A program made the position numbers and the translations under genes. From contig CANQTF010000008.1 of assembly GCA_947626745.1 (NCBI GenBank), positions 20,209 through 84,208 on the forward strand: a DNA stretch of 64,000 nucleotides, written 5' to 3'. The DNA comes from an uncultured Lachnospiraceae bacterium. Lineage in GTDB: Bacteria; Bacillota; Clostridia; Lachnospirales; Lachnospiraceae. The notes beneath the pieces were generated by a model that was not told the DNA's origin, ran no database searches, and saw nothing but the letters and a program-made list of their open reading frames with translations. Positions 9,807 to 19,488 of the stretch are shown here, piece after piece; the first letter of the stretch is position 1; each line of letters starts with the position of its first letter.

Positions 9807-12266
9807 ATGGAAATACGCATTTCGGTCAGAGGGCTGGTGGAATTTATCCTGCGCTCGGGCGACATCGACAATCGAAAAACGGCGTCCGCCGACAGCGCAA
9901 TGCAGGAGGGCAGCCGCATTCACCGCATGATACAGCGCCGCATGGGAGCAGAGTATCACGCGGAGGTCAGCCTCTCCTATCGCTGTCCTGCGGGTGAGTA
10001 CGATATCGTGGTCGAGGGCCGGGCCGACGGCGTCATCATAGAGGCGTCCGGTGAGGTGAGCGCTGTTTTGGAGCTGCCGGACGGAAAGCTGCCGCAGGAT
10101 CAGGCGAGGGCCGTCACGGTGACGATAGACGAGATCAAAAGTACTTTCCGTGATTTAAAGAAGATGAAGGAGGCCGTTCCGGTCCATTTGGCACAGGCGA
10201 AGTGCTATGCCTTTATGTTTGCAAAACAGGCGGGGATTCCCGCCGTGCGGGTCCGCATGACCTACTGCAACATTGAGACGGAGGACATTCGCTATTTTCA
10301 TTATGATTATACGACAGAGGAGCTGGACGCATGGTTTGCGGATGTGATCGCGCAGTACCGCAGGTGGGCGGATCACGATTTCAGGTGGCAGAGAAAACGG
10401 CAGGACTCTGCCAAGGCGCTGCAGTTCCCTTTTCCCTATCGGGAGGGACAGAGGGAGTTGGTCGCCTACGTGTATCAGACGATCTACCACAAGAGAAAAT
10501 TGTTTATCGAAGCGCCTACGGGTGTCGGCAAGACAGTCTCCACGGTATTTCCGGCTGTGAAAGCGATGGGAGAGGGGCTGTGCGGCAAGATCTTCTATCT
10601 GACTGCCAAGACCATAACGCGGACGGTGGCGGATCAAACTTTTGCACTGTTGCGGGAACAGGGACTGCAATTTAAGAGCGTGGTGCTGACGGCCAAGGAA
10701 AAGATATGCTTTATGGAGGAGACGGAGTGCAATCCGGAGTACTGTCCTTATGCAAAGGGGCACTATGACAGGATCAACGATGCGCTTTACGAGCTGCTCA
10801 CGCACGAGGACGTCTACAACAGGGAGACGATCGAGGTCTATGCGAGGAAGCACAAGGTCTGTCCGTTTGAGATGTGTCTGGACATGAGCCTCTTTTCCGA
10901 CGCGGTCATCTGCGACTACAACTATCTCTTCGATCCGCACGTGTATCTGCGAAGGTTCTTTGCGGAAGGCGTCAGGGGCGAGTATGTGTTTCTCGTCGAT
11001 GAGGCCCACAATCTGGTGGAGCGCGGCAGGGATATGTACAGCGCCGTGCTGCGCAAAGAGGATTTCTTACAGCTGAAAAAAACGGTCAAAGCGTACAGCG
11101 AGCGCATTGCCAGGAATCTTGACAAATGCAACAAAGAACTGCTCGCGCTGAAAAGGGAATGCGAGACTTACAGGGTGGTCGAGTACATAGATGATTTCGT
11201 GCGCGCGCTGATCAGGCTGAGCGCGGCGATCGACGACTATCTGGAGGATCATGAGGACAGCCCGGTCCGCAGGGACATTCTGGAATTTTATTTTGAGATA
11301 TCCCATTTTCTGGCGATGTATGAGCTGATCGATGAAAATTACATCATCTACTCGGAGCTGGAATCGGACGGCAGCTTTATCCTGAAACTGTTCTGCGTCA
11401 ATCCGGCGAAGAATCTGCGTCAGTGCATGCTGCGGGGCAGGAGTACGATCCTGTTCTCCGCGACGCTTCTGCCGATCCGGTATTATAAGACGCTTCTGGG
11501 CGCGGACGAGGAGGACTATGAGGTGTATGCGAAGTCCGTATTCCGCCCGGAGAAGCTCGGCCTCTATATCGGGCGCGATGTGACGAGCAGATATGCGCGG
11601 CGGGGAGAAACGGAATACTATCGGATCGCGGCCTATATCCATGAAGTGGTCTGCAGACGACACGGCAACTACATGGTATTTTTCCCGTCCCACGCTTTTC
11701 TGCGGCAGGTCTACGATATCTATATGCGCTGTTTCAACGCAGAGCAGACGGTGGAGTGCATCGTGCAGGAGGACTATATGAACGAACAGGCCAGAGAGGC
11801 ATTCCTGAGCCGCTTCACCGGCAATGAGGACTGCGATCTGAACGCGCTCATTAAGATGGAGATCGAGGTGGAAGAGGAGCGGAGCCTGTTGGGATTCTGT
11901 GTGCTGGGCGGCATCTTCAGCGAGGGGATCGATCTGAAGAACGACAGCCTGATCGGGGCGATCATTGTCGGCACAGGTCTGCCGCAGGTATGTAATGAGC
12001 GGGAGATCCTGAAGCATTACTTTGACGGCTGGGGCGAGAACGGCTTCGACTATGCCTACCGATACCCCGGCATGAACAAGGTGCTGCAGGCGGCGGGAAG
12101 AGTCATTCGCACCGCAGACGATTTCGGCATCGTGGCGCTCTTGGACGAGCGGTTCCTGACTGCGGCATACGGGAGACTGTTCCCCCGCGAATGGCAGAAC
12201 TGCCAGATCGTGAATATTGACCAAATAGGTCATAAGGTGGAACGCTTCTGGGACGAGTGGCTGTAG
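9807..12266 (+). CDS. DinG/Rad3-family Fe-S DNA helicase with N-terminal PD-(D/E)XK nuclease domain
   Basis: GRADGV..DEIKST nuclease motif; APTGVGKT Walker A, DEAH, Fe-S cysteines (KEKIC..C..CPY..CPFE), FSEGID, QAAGRVIR. Confidence 0.9.
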   Translation: MEIRISVRGLVEFILRSGDIDNRKTASADSAMQEGSRIHRMIQRRMGAEYHAEVSLSYRCPAGEYDIVVEGRADGVIIEASGEVSAVLELPDGKLPQDQARAVTVTIDEIKSTFRDLKKMKEAVPVHLAQAKCYAFMFAKQAGIPAVRVRMTYCNIETEDIRYFHYDYTTEELDAWFADVIAQYRRWADHDFRWQRKRQDSAKALQFPFPYREGQRELVAYVYQTIYHKRKLFIEAPTGVGKTVSTVFPAVKAMGEGLCGKIFYLTAKTITRTVADQTFALLREQGLQFKSVVLTAKEKICFMEETECNPEYCPYAKGHYDRINDALYELLTHEDVYNRETIEVYARKHKVCPFEMCLDMSLFSDAVICDYNYLFDPHVYLRRFFAEGVRGEYVFLVDEAHNLVERGRDMYSAVLRKEDFLQLKKTVKAYSERIARNLDKCNKELLALKRECETYRVVEYIDDFVRALIRLSAAIDDYLEDHEDSPVRRDILEFYFEISHFLAMYELIDENYIIYSELESDGSFILKLFCVNPAKNLRQCMLRGRSTILFSATLLPIRYYKTLLGADEEDYEVYAKSVFRPEKLGLYIGRDVTSRYARRGETEYYRIAAYIHEVVCRRHGNYMVFFPSHAFLRQVYDIYMRCFNAEQTVECIVQEDYMNEQAREAFLSRFTGNEDCDLNALIKMEIEVEEERSLLGFCVLGGIFSEGIDLKNDSLIGAIIVGTGLPQVCNEREILKHYFDGWGENGFDYAYRYPGMNKVLQAAGRVIRTADDFGIVALLDERFLTAAYGRLFPREWQNCQIVNIDQIGHKVERFWDEWL

Positions 12267-12660
12267 CAAGTCAACGGGGCGCGCCGGCCGACGCCGGATT
12301 TCTTTCTTTTTTGTTATCGAAAAAAAGAAATTGACAAAATAATAAGAGCAATTTTGGAAATTAACACATTATTTTGTCGAAAAAGGAAAGCAAGTCACAA
12401 GAAAATGACATGAATGTCGATGTGGATAACTTTGTGGAAACTGGGGATTTCTTTGGCAATCAGTGGCGATTTTTATAAAAATTACCGCAAAAAGATGTGG
12501 AAAAGCCGAAAAACGAATTTTTGATCATAAAAAGAGTACTGATTTGGTCAATCGAAATGTTCTTTGCAAAACCATGCCGACAATGATAAAATAGGGAGAC
12601 GGAAAGTAAGAGAAAGCAAGAAATACGGAATAAAATAAAGAACGGAAGAGGAGTAATGTT

Positions 12661-13971
12661 ATGTGGGCATATGAAAGTGTTTTCTATCAGATCTATCCGC
12701 TGGGCTTCTGCGGCGCGCCCTTTGAGAACGACGGACAGCTTGCGCATCGTATCCGGAAGGTGAAGGACTGGATACCTCATATGAAGAGACTCGGGATCAA
12801 CGCCGTCTATTTTTCACCCGTGTTCGAGTCGGATACGCACGGCTACAACACGAGGGATTACCGCACCATAGACTGCAGACTCGGCACGAACGAAGATTTC
12901 CGGGAGGTGTGCGGGGCGCTTCACGACAATGGCATCAAGGTAGTGCTGGACGGCGTGTTCAATCATGTGGGCAGAGGCTTCTGGGCATTTCAGGACGTGC
13001 TTGCGAAGCGCTGGGAATCGCCTTACAAGGATTGGTTCCATATCAATTTTGACGGCAATTCCAACTATAACGACGGACTTTGGTACGAGGGCTGGGAGGG
13101 CAATTACGATCTGGTAAAGCTCAACCTGCGCAACGAGGACGTGATCGGACATATTCTGGACAGCGTTAAGGGCTGGGTGGAAGAATTTGACATAGACGGG
13201 CTGCGTCTCGACGTGGCGTACTGTCTGGATCACGATTTTGTCAAAAGACTGCGGGCGTTTACGGACGGGCTGAAACCGGATTTCTATCTGCTCGGCGAGA
13301 TGCTCCACGGCGATTACAACCAGATGGTCAATGACCAGATGCTGCACTCCGCCACCAACTATGAATGTTACAAAGGGCTGTTCTCCAGCTTCAACAGCAT
13401 GAACATGTTCGAGATCAACCATTCCCTGCTGAGGCAGTTCGGGCCGGAGAACTGGACGCTGTACAAGGGCAAGCATATGCTGTCCTTTGTGGACAACCAC
13501 GATGTGACGCGGATCGCCAGCAACTTAAACAACGAGAAGCATCTGCCGCTCATCTACGCGCTGTGCTTCGGCATGCCGGGGATCCCGTGCGTGTACTACG
13601 GCAGCGAGTGGGGCGCGAAGGCGCACAAGAGCGAGGGCGATCCCGCGCTGCGGGCATGTTTCGAGGAGCCGGTGTGGAACGACCTGTGCGAGTGGATCGG
13701 CAGACTGTCCGAGGCCAAGAAAAATTCTCCGGCGCTCAACTACGGCGATTTCCGTTCGGTCGTCCTGACAAACAAACAATGCATCTTCGAGCGCAAGTGC
13801 GACAGTGAGCGCGTGCTCGTGGCGATCAACGCGGACGCGGAGAGTTATACGGCGCATTTCGACGCGGGCTGCGGCATGGCCGTGGATCTGATCAGCGGCG
13901 CGGCACACGACTTTGGCGGGGGCAGTGAACTGCCGCCGTACAGCGCATTTTTCTGGAAAATGGAAAGATGA
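12661..13971 (+). CDS. GH13 alpha-amylase family glycosidase (neopullulanase/maltodextrin glucosidase-like)
   Basis: FYQIYP, HGY, LDGVFNH, DGLRLDVA, LGE, FVDNHD, GIPCVYYGSE conserved regions. Confidence 0.92.
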   Translation: MWAYESVFYQIYPLGFCGAPFENDGQLAHRIRKVKDWIPHMKRLGINAVYFSPVFESDTHGYNTRDYRTIDCRLGTNEDFREVCGALHDNGIKVVLDGVFNHVGRGFWAFQDVLAKRWESPYKDWFHINFDGNSNYNDGLWYEGWEGNYDLVKLNLRNEDVIGHILDSVKGWVEEFDIDGLRLDVAYCLDHDFVKRLRAFTDGLKPDFYLLGEMLHGDYNQMVNDQMLHSATNYECYKGLFSSFNSMNMFEINHSLLRQFGPENWTLYKGKHMLSFVDNHDVTRIASNLNNEKHLPLIYALCFGMPGIPCVYYGSEWGAKAHKSEGDPALRACFEEPVWNDLCEWIGRLSEAKKNSPALNYGDFRSVVLTNKQCIFERKCDSERVLVAINADAESYTAHFDAGCGMAVDLISGAAHDFGGGSELPPYSAFFWKMER

Positions 13972-14118
13972 AAATAAATTTCACAAAAAACTATTGACAA
14001 AATTGTAGAATTTGACTATGATTTTCCTAAGTTTCAAAGGCGGGACTTCTTTCTTATTTATTATGTAGAGAAGTCCCCTTTTTTGAATCTTGAAAGATAT
14101 ATTAAGGAGGAGAAGATT

Positions 14119-15375
14119 ATGAAAAAGAAAATGGTAAGCCTTATGCTTGCGGGCGCCATGATGGCGGCTCTGCTTGCGGGCTGCGGATCTGACGGCGCAT
14201 CGAACGATGCGGCGGCGGAGACAGAGACGACTGAGGCCGCGGACACGACTGAGGCGGCAGATGCGACGGAAGCGGCGGACACCGCAGAGGCGGGCGATGC
14301 GACGGCGGCCGGCGGCACTTTCAAGATCGGCGGTATCGGGCCCCTGACGGGCGGCGCTGCAGTGTACGGCGTAGCGGCTAAGAACGGTTCCCAGATCGCG
14401 GTCGATGAGATCAACGCTGCGGGCGGTATCAACGGCATGACGGTGGAGCTCAACTTTCAGGACGACGAGCTTGACGCGGAGAAATCCGTAAACGCGTATA
14501 ATGTGCTTAAGGACTGGGGCGCACAGGTGATCGACGGCAGCGTGACGAGCGCATGCTCTATCGCCGTATCCGAGAAAACGTATCAGGACCAGATCTTCCA
14601 GCTGACCCCTTCGGGTTCTGCGGTAGACTGCGTTCAGTATGACAACGCGTTCCGTATCTGCTTCTCGGACCCGAACCAGGGTATTGCATCTGCGCAGTAT
14701 ATCGGTGAGAACGGTCTGGCTTCCAAGGTAGCGGTCATCTACGACAGCTCCGACGTATATTCTTCCGGCATCTATGAGAAGTTTGCGCAGGAAGCGGAGA
14801 ACCAGCCTTTCGAGATCGTGGCGGCGGGCGCTTTCACGGCTGATAACAAGACGGATTTCTCCGTGCAGCTTCAACAGGCAAAGGACGCGGGCGCAGAGCT
14901 TGTATTCCTGCCTATCTACTATACGGAGGCTTCCCTGATCCTGACACAGGCGGACAGCATGGGCTTTGACGTGCAGTTCTTCGGCTGTGACGGTCTGGAC
15001 GGTATCCTGGGCGTAGAGAATTTTGACGCATCTCTGGCTGAGGGCGTTATGCTCCTGACACCTTTCGCGGCAGACGCGACGGACGATTTGACGGTGAACT
15101 TCGTGACGGAGTACAACAACAGATTCGGCGAGACACCGAACCAGTTTGCCGCTGACGGTTACGATACGATCTACACGATCAAGGCGGCCGCTGAGAAGGC
15201 CGGCATCACGGCGGATATGTCCAACGAGGAGATCTGCGCTGCGCTGTCTCAGGCTATGACGGAGATCTCGGTAGACGGCCTGACAGGCGACGGCATCACA
15301 TGGGACGCTTCCGGCGAACCTTCCAAGGCGCCTAAGGCGGTAGTGATCAAAGATGGCGCGTATGCGGCCATGTAG
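14119..15375 (+). CDS. livK: Branched-chain amino acid ABC transporter substrate-binding lipoprotein
   Basis: Lipobox LLAGC, acidic TEAAD linker repeats, KIGGIGPLTG, AVDEINAAGGING; followed by livHMGF. Confidence 0.88.
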   Translation: MKKKMVSLMLAGAMMAALLAGCGSDGASNDAAAETETTEAADTTEAADATEAADTAEAGDATAAGGTFKIGGIGPLTGGAAVYGVAAKNGSQIAVDEINAAGGINGMTVELNFQDDELDAEKSVNAYNVLKDWGAQVIDGSVTSACSIAVSEKTYQDQIFQLTPSGSAVDCVQYDNAFRICFSDPNQGIASAQYIGENGLASKVAVIYDSSDVYSSGIYEKFAQEAENQPFEIVAAGAFTADNKTDFSVQLQQAKDAGAELVFLPIYYTEASLILTQADSMGFDVQFFGCDGLDGILGVENFDASLAEGVMLLTPFAADATDDLTVNFVTEYNNRFGETPNQFAADGYDTIYTIKAAAEKAGITADMSNEEICAALSQAMTEISVDGLTGDGITWDASGEPSKAPKAVVIKDGAYAAM

Positions 15376-15377
15376 GC

Positions 15378-15551
15378 GAAGATAGAGGCTCATAGGAGCC
15401 TCTATCTTCAGGAGAATCGCAAAGCGATTCTCCGTGTAAAATGAGAATTGGAGAGATTCTAGTGGCGCTGCGCCATTGGACGCAGCGCCAAGAACTTCTA
15501 CGGCTCACAAGTGAGCCTTCCATCTTCTGGAGAATTGCGAAGCAATTCTCC
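15378..15551. repeat. Cluster of REP-like hairpins, two degenerate ~50-bp direct-repeat units
   Basis: Hairpins at 15378-15409, 15411-15433 (GGAGAATCGC-AAA-GCGATTCTCC), 15463-15490, 15502-15517, 15529-15551 (GGAGAATTGC-GAA-GCAATTCTCC). Confidence 0.75.
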
Positions 15552-15572
15552 GCAGATAGAGAAGTTATATCT

Positions 15573-15798
15573 TGGGACGGCTGCGCAAAGAGGGACACTG
15601 TCATTGCGCAGGAGAATGAGATTTTCTTGCTGTTCCGTTCACGAACAGCAATTTCGGGACACGGATGTCCCGAAAAGCCCGAAATGAGCCCGGATGGCGA
15701 ATAGAGGGCGGTTGCGTTCGGGGACAATGACTTGGCCGGAACAGATAGAAAATCCATGCGACGGAGCCGACAGTGGCGTCTTTGCGCAACCCGTCCCA
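15573..15798. mobile_element. 226-bp MITE-like element with ~30-bp imperfect terminal inverted repeats
   Basis: TGGGACGGCTGCGCAAAGAGGGACACTGTC at left; GACAGTGGCGTCTTTGCGCAACCCGTCCCA at right; internal hairpins; TA-rich flanks. Confidence 0.55.
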
Positions 15799-15926
15799 CT
15801 ATACATATAAATACAAATGCATACCGACATTTTCCCATTTAGACAAGAGATTTGTCTGCATGGGAATGTGCCGATGCATTGAGGCAAGAAGAAACATAGT
15901 ATTCATAAAACAAGAGGTGACAGCTC

Positions 15927-16808
15927 ATGAGTTTTGCAGCCCATTTGATAAACGGAATCAGTCTCGGAAGCGTGTATGCGCTTATCGCGCTCGGCTACAC
16001 GATGGTGTACGGTATTGCCAAGATGCTGAATTTTGCCCACGGCGACGTGATCATGGTCGGCGGCTATGCCGTGTTCGTGGGGGTCAGCAATCTGGGAATG
16101 AATCCGCTTGCCGCTATCGTCGTATCCATGGCGGTCTGCACCGTGCTCGGCGTGACCATTGAGCGGGTGGCGTACAGGCCCTTGAGAGGCGCATCGCCGC
16201 TTGCCGTTCTCATCACGGCGATCGGCGTCAGCTATCTGCTGCAGAACATAGCGCTCCTCGTGTTCGGCTCGGACACGAAGGCGTTCACAAACGTGGTGAC
16301 GCTGCCGAATCTGGAACTGTTTGACGGACAGCTCGTCATCAAGAGCGTGACGGTCGTGACTGTCATCGTCAGCATCATCATTATGGCGGGCCTTACCCTT
16401 TTTGTGAAAAAGACCAAGATCGGACGCGCCATGACGGCGGTGTCCGAAGACAAGGGCGCAGCGCAGCTCATGGGGATCAACGTCAACGGCACGATCGCCG
16501 TGACCTTTGCCATTGGGTCGTCCCTGGCGGCCGTTGCGGGCGTGCTCTTGTGTTCCGCGTACCCGGCCCTAACCCCTTACACGGGCTCCATGCCGGGCAT
16601 CAAGGCATTTGTGGCGGCGGTATTCGGAGGGATCGGCTCGATCCCGGGCGCTTTTATCGGCGGTATTCTGCTGGGCGTTATCGAGAATCTGAGCAAGGCG
16701 TATATCTCTTCACAGCTTTCCGACGCGATCGTGTTCAGCATTCTGATCATAGTGCTTCTGGTGAAGCCGACAGGGCTTCTCGGCAGGCAGATACAGGAAA
16801 AAGTCTGA
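15927..16808 (+). CDS. livH: BCAA ABC transporter permease
   Basis: NGISLGSVYALIALGYTMVYGI..NFAHG, KTKIGRAM, GGIGSIPGA. Confidence 0.93.
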   Translation: MSFAAHLINGISLGSVYALIALGYTMVYGIAKMLNFAHGDVIMVGGYAVFVGVSNLGMNPLAAIVVSMAVCTVLGVTIERVAYRPLRGASPLAVLITAIGVSYLLQNIALLVFGSDTKAFTNVVTLPNLELFDGQLVIKSVTVVTVIVSIIIMAGLTLFVKKTKIGRAMTAVSEDKGAAQLMGINVNGTIAVTFAIGSSLAAVAGVLLCSAYPALTPYTGSMPGIKAFVAAVFGGIGSIPGAFIGGILLGVIENLSKAYISSQLSDAIVFSILIIVLLVKPTGLLGRQIQEKV

Positions 16809-16827
16809 TAGGAGGAAGCGGCATATC

Positions 16828-17904
16828 ATGAAGACGAAGGCAGCCGGAATAAGCAAAACAACGAAGAATGACCTGATCACCTACGGAATGGTGATCCTCA
16901 CATATATCATCGTGCAGATACTCGTATCGACGGGGCATGTATCGAGCCTGATCCAAGGTCTGCTTGTCCCTTTCTGTACATACGCGATCGTGGCAGTCGC
17001 CTTGAATCTTACGGTCGGCATTTTGGGCGAACTGAGCCTCGGACATGCCGGCTTCATGTGCGTGGGCGCTTTTACAAGCGCGGTGTTTTCCCTCGCTTTT
17101 AAGCAGACGATGCCGAGCGGGCCGCGGTTTTTCCTTGCGCTTCTGATCGGAGCGGCGTCGGCGGCGCTCGTCGGCTTTCTGGTAGGTATCCCCGTACTGC
17201 GCCTCAAAGGCGATTATCTGGCAATCGTGACGCTCGCTTTCGGCGAGATCATCAAGAACATCATCAATGCGCTCTATCTCGGCGTCGATTCGGACGGTAT
17301 CCACTTTACGATGAAAGACGCGCTCTCCCTCAACATGAAAGAGGACGGCCTTGTGCTGATCAAGGGGGCGCAGGGCGTTACGGGAACGCCCAACGATTCC
17401 AGCTTCACGGTCGGTATCGTGCTGCTGCTTGTCACGCTGTTCATCGTGCTCAACTTTATCCATTCCCGAACAGGGCGCGCCGTCATGGCGATACGCGATA
17501 ACCGCATCGCGGCGGAGTCCATAGGCATCAACGTGACGAAGTACAAGCTGATCGCATTTACGCTCTCGGCGTCGCTGGCGGGTGTCGCCGGCGTGCTGTA
17601 CGCGCACAATCTCTCCACGCTGAACGCGCTGCCGAAAAACTTCGGCTACAATATGTCTATTTTGATCCTCGTGTTTGTGGTGCTGGGCGGTATCGGCAAT
17701 ATCAGAGGCTCGATCATCGCGGCGGTGCTCCTGACGCTGCTTCCCGAGATACTCAGAGGGCTGAGCGACTATCGTATGCTGATCTATTCGGTCGTGCTGA
17801 TCGCCATGATGATCTTCAACTGGAGCCCTAACGCGATCTTTTTCAGAAAACGTCTGCGGCAGCGTCTGACTGCGGGCAGGAAGAGCGAAAAGGAGGAGGC
17901 GTAA
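16828..17904 (+). CDS. livM: BCAA ABC transporter permease
   Basis: GELSLGHAGF, LRLKGDYLAIVTLAFGEII, SRTGRAVMAIRDN. Confidence 0.93.
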   Translation: MKTKAAGISKTTKNDLITYGMVILTYIIVQILVSTGHVSSLIQGLLVPFCTYAIVAVALNLTVGILGELSLGHAGFMCVGAFTSAVFSLAFKQTMPSGPRFFLALLIGAASAALVGFLVGIPVLRLKGDYLAIVTLAFGEIIKNIINALYLGVDSDGIHFTMKDALSLNMKEDGLVLIKGAQGVTGTPNDSSFTVGIVLLLVTLFIVLNFIHSRTGRAVMAIRDNRIAAESIGINVTKYKLIAFTLSASLAGVAGVLYAHNLSTLNALPKNFGYNMSILILVFVVLGGIGNIRGSIIAAVLLTLLPEILRGLSDYRMLIYSVVLIAMMIFNWSPNAIFFRKRLRQRLTAGRKSEKEEA

Positions 17905-17907
17905 GAG

Positions 17908-18666
17908 ATGGCACTGTTAGAGACAAAAAATCTGGGAATCTCCTTCGGCGGTCTGCGGGCGGTCAACGGATTCGATATTTCTGTGGAAAAAGGGCAGCTG
18001 TATGGCCTGATCGGGCCGAACGGCGCGGGCAAGACGACGATCTTCAATCTGCTCACGGGCGTGTACCGTCCGGACGAGGGTGCGATCCTCTTAGACGGCG
18101 AGAATCTGACGGGCAAGAAGACGATCGACATCTGCAAGGCGGGTATTGCCAGGACATTTCAGAATATCCGGCTGTTCGGCGACCTGTCGGTGCTTGACAA
18201 TGTGAAGGCAGGGCTGCACGATCATTATCCTTATTCCACGTTTGCAGGGATCTTCCGTCTGCCCCGCTATTTTAAGGCGGAGCGGGAGATGAACGGGAAG
18301 GCCATGGAACTCCTTAAGGTGTTCGGACTGGAGGACTATGCCGAGTACAAGGCGGAGAACCTGTCCTACGGACAGCAGAGAAAGCTGGAGATCGCGCGGG
18401 CGATGGCGACCGAGCCCAAGCTGCTGCTCTTAGATGAACCGGCGGCGGGCATGAACCCCAATGAGACGAAGGAACTGATGGACACGATCCGTTTCGTGAG
18501 GGATCATTTTGACATGACGATCCTTTTGATAGAGCACGACATGAAGCTGGTATCCGGTATCTGTGAAAAGCTGACGGTACTCAATTTCGGAGAGGTGCTT
18601 GCGCAGGGCGATACGCAGGAAGTGCTCAACGATCCGGAAGTGATCACGGCATATCTGGGCGAGTGA
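17908..18666 (+). CDS. livG: BCAA ABC transporter ATP-binding protein
   Basis: FGGLRAV, GPNGAGKTT, GIARTFQNIRLF, LLLLDEPAAG. Confidence 0.95.
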   Translation: MALLETKNLGISFGGLRAVNGFDISVEKGQLYGLIGPNGAGKTTIFNLLTGVYRPDEGAILLDGENLTGKKTIDICKAGIARTFQNIRLFGDLSVLDNVKAGLHDHYPYSTFAGIFRLPRYFKAEREMNGKAMELLKVFGLEDYAEYKAENLSYGQQRKLEIARAMATEPKLLLLDEPAAGMNPNETKELMDTIRFVRDHFDMTILLIEHDMKLVSGICEKLTVLNFGEVLAQGDTQEVLNDPEVITAYLGE

Positions 18667-18682
18667 TAGGAGGAGCAAAACT

Positions 18683-19393
18683 ATGGCGATGTTGGAAGTA
18701 AAAGACCTCCATGTTCATTACGGTGTGATAGAGGCGATCAAGGGAATCAGTTTTGAGGTTGAACAGGGCGAGGTCATCGCGCTGATCGGCGCGAACGGCG
18801 CGGGCAAGACGACGACGCTTCACACGATCACGGGGCTGATCAGGCCGACGAGCGGAAACATCGTTTTTGAGGGAAAAGATATCACGAAGACGCCCGGCTA
18901 CAAGATCGTGCCGATGGGAATGGCGCATGTGCCGGAGGGAAGGCGCGTGTTTGCGCAGCTCTCCGTCTACGATAACCTGATGATGGGCGCATACACGAGA
19001 AGAGACAAGAATGAGATCAAAGAGACGCTGCACATGGTATATGAGCGTTTTCCGAGGCTGGAGGAGCGGAGTACGCAGATGGCAGGAACGCTGAGCGGCG
19101 GCGAGCAGCAGATGCTTGCCATGGGGCGGGCGCTGATGAGCCGGCCGAACATTATCCTGATGGACGAGCCGTCCATGGGTCTGTCTCCGATCTTCGTCAA
19201 CGAGATCTTCGATATCATCAGACAGGTCAGCCAGTCCGGCACGACCGTGCTCTTGGTGGAGCAGAATGCGAAGAAGGCGCTTGCCATTGCGGATCGGGCC
19301 TACGTGCTCGAGACCGGCAGGATATCGCTGTCCGGAGAGGCGGAGGAACTTCTGCACAATGAGGCCGTCAAGAAGGCGTATCTGGGCGAATAG
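18683..19393 (+). CDS. livF: BCAA ABC transporter ATP-binding protein
   Basis: GANGAGKTT, VPEGRRVF, LSGGEQQMLAMGRALM, DEPSMGLSP. Confidence 0.95.
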   Translation: MAMLEVKDLHVHYGVIEAIKGISFEVEQGEVIALIGANGAGKTTTLHTITGLIRPTSGNIVFEGKDITKTPGYKIVPMGMAHVPEGRRVFAQLSVYDNLMMGAYTRRDKNEIKETLHMVYERFPRLEERSTQMAGTLSGGEQQMLAMGRALMSRPNIILMDEPSMGLSPIFVNEIFDIIRQVSQSGTTVLLVEQNAKKALAIADRAYVLETGRISLSGEAEELLHNEAVKKAYLGE

Positions 19394-19488
19394 GAGAAAA
19401 AGCGTATCGTGTACGGGCTGCGGCATCCTTTGCCGCGGCTCGCTTGTTCATGAAGCGGGAAGCCGCGCCGGAGCAGGAGGTGATATCC

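Noticed and set aside
9807-10400. Cas4-like nuclease domain fused to DinG, suggesting a type IV CRISPR link
   Set aside because: No CRISPR array or cas genes; this nuclease-helicase fusion is a common stand-alone Firmicutes gene
13995-14035. CodY box upstream of livK
   Set aside because: Best matches have 5-6 mismatches to AATTTTCWGAAAATT; too weak to call
14210-14310. 18-bp degenerate tandem repeats in livK
   Set aside because: Ordinary acidic Ala/Thr lipoprotein linker (TEAAD)
15376-15926. Possible CRISPR array or protein-coding ORFs in the livK-livH gap
   Set aside because: Only two degenerate units, no regular repeat-spacer period; ORFs of 62-163 aa lack RBS and recognisable motifs
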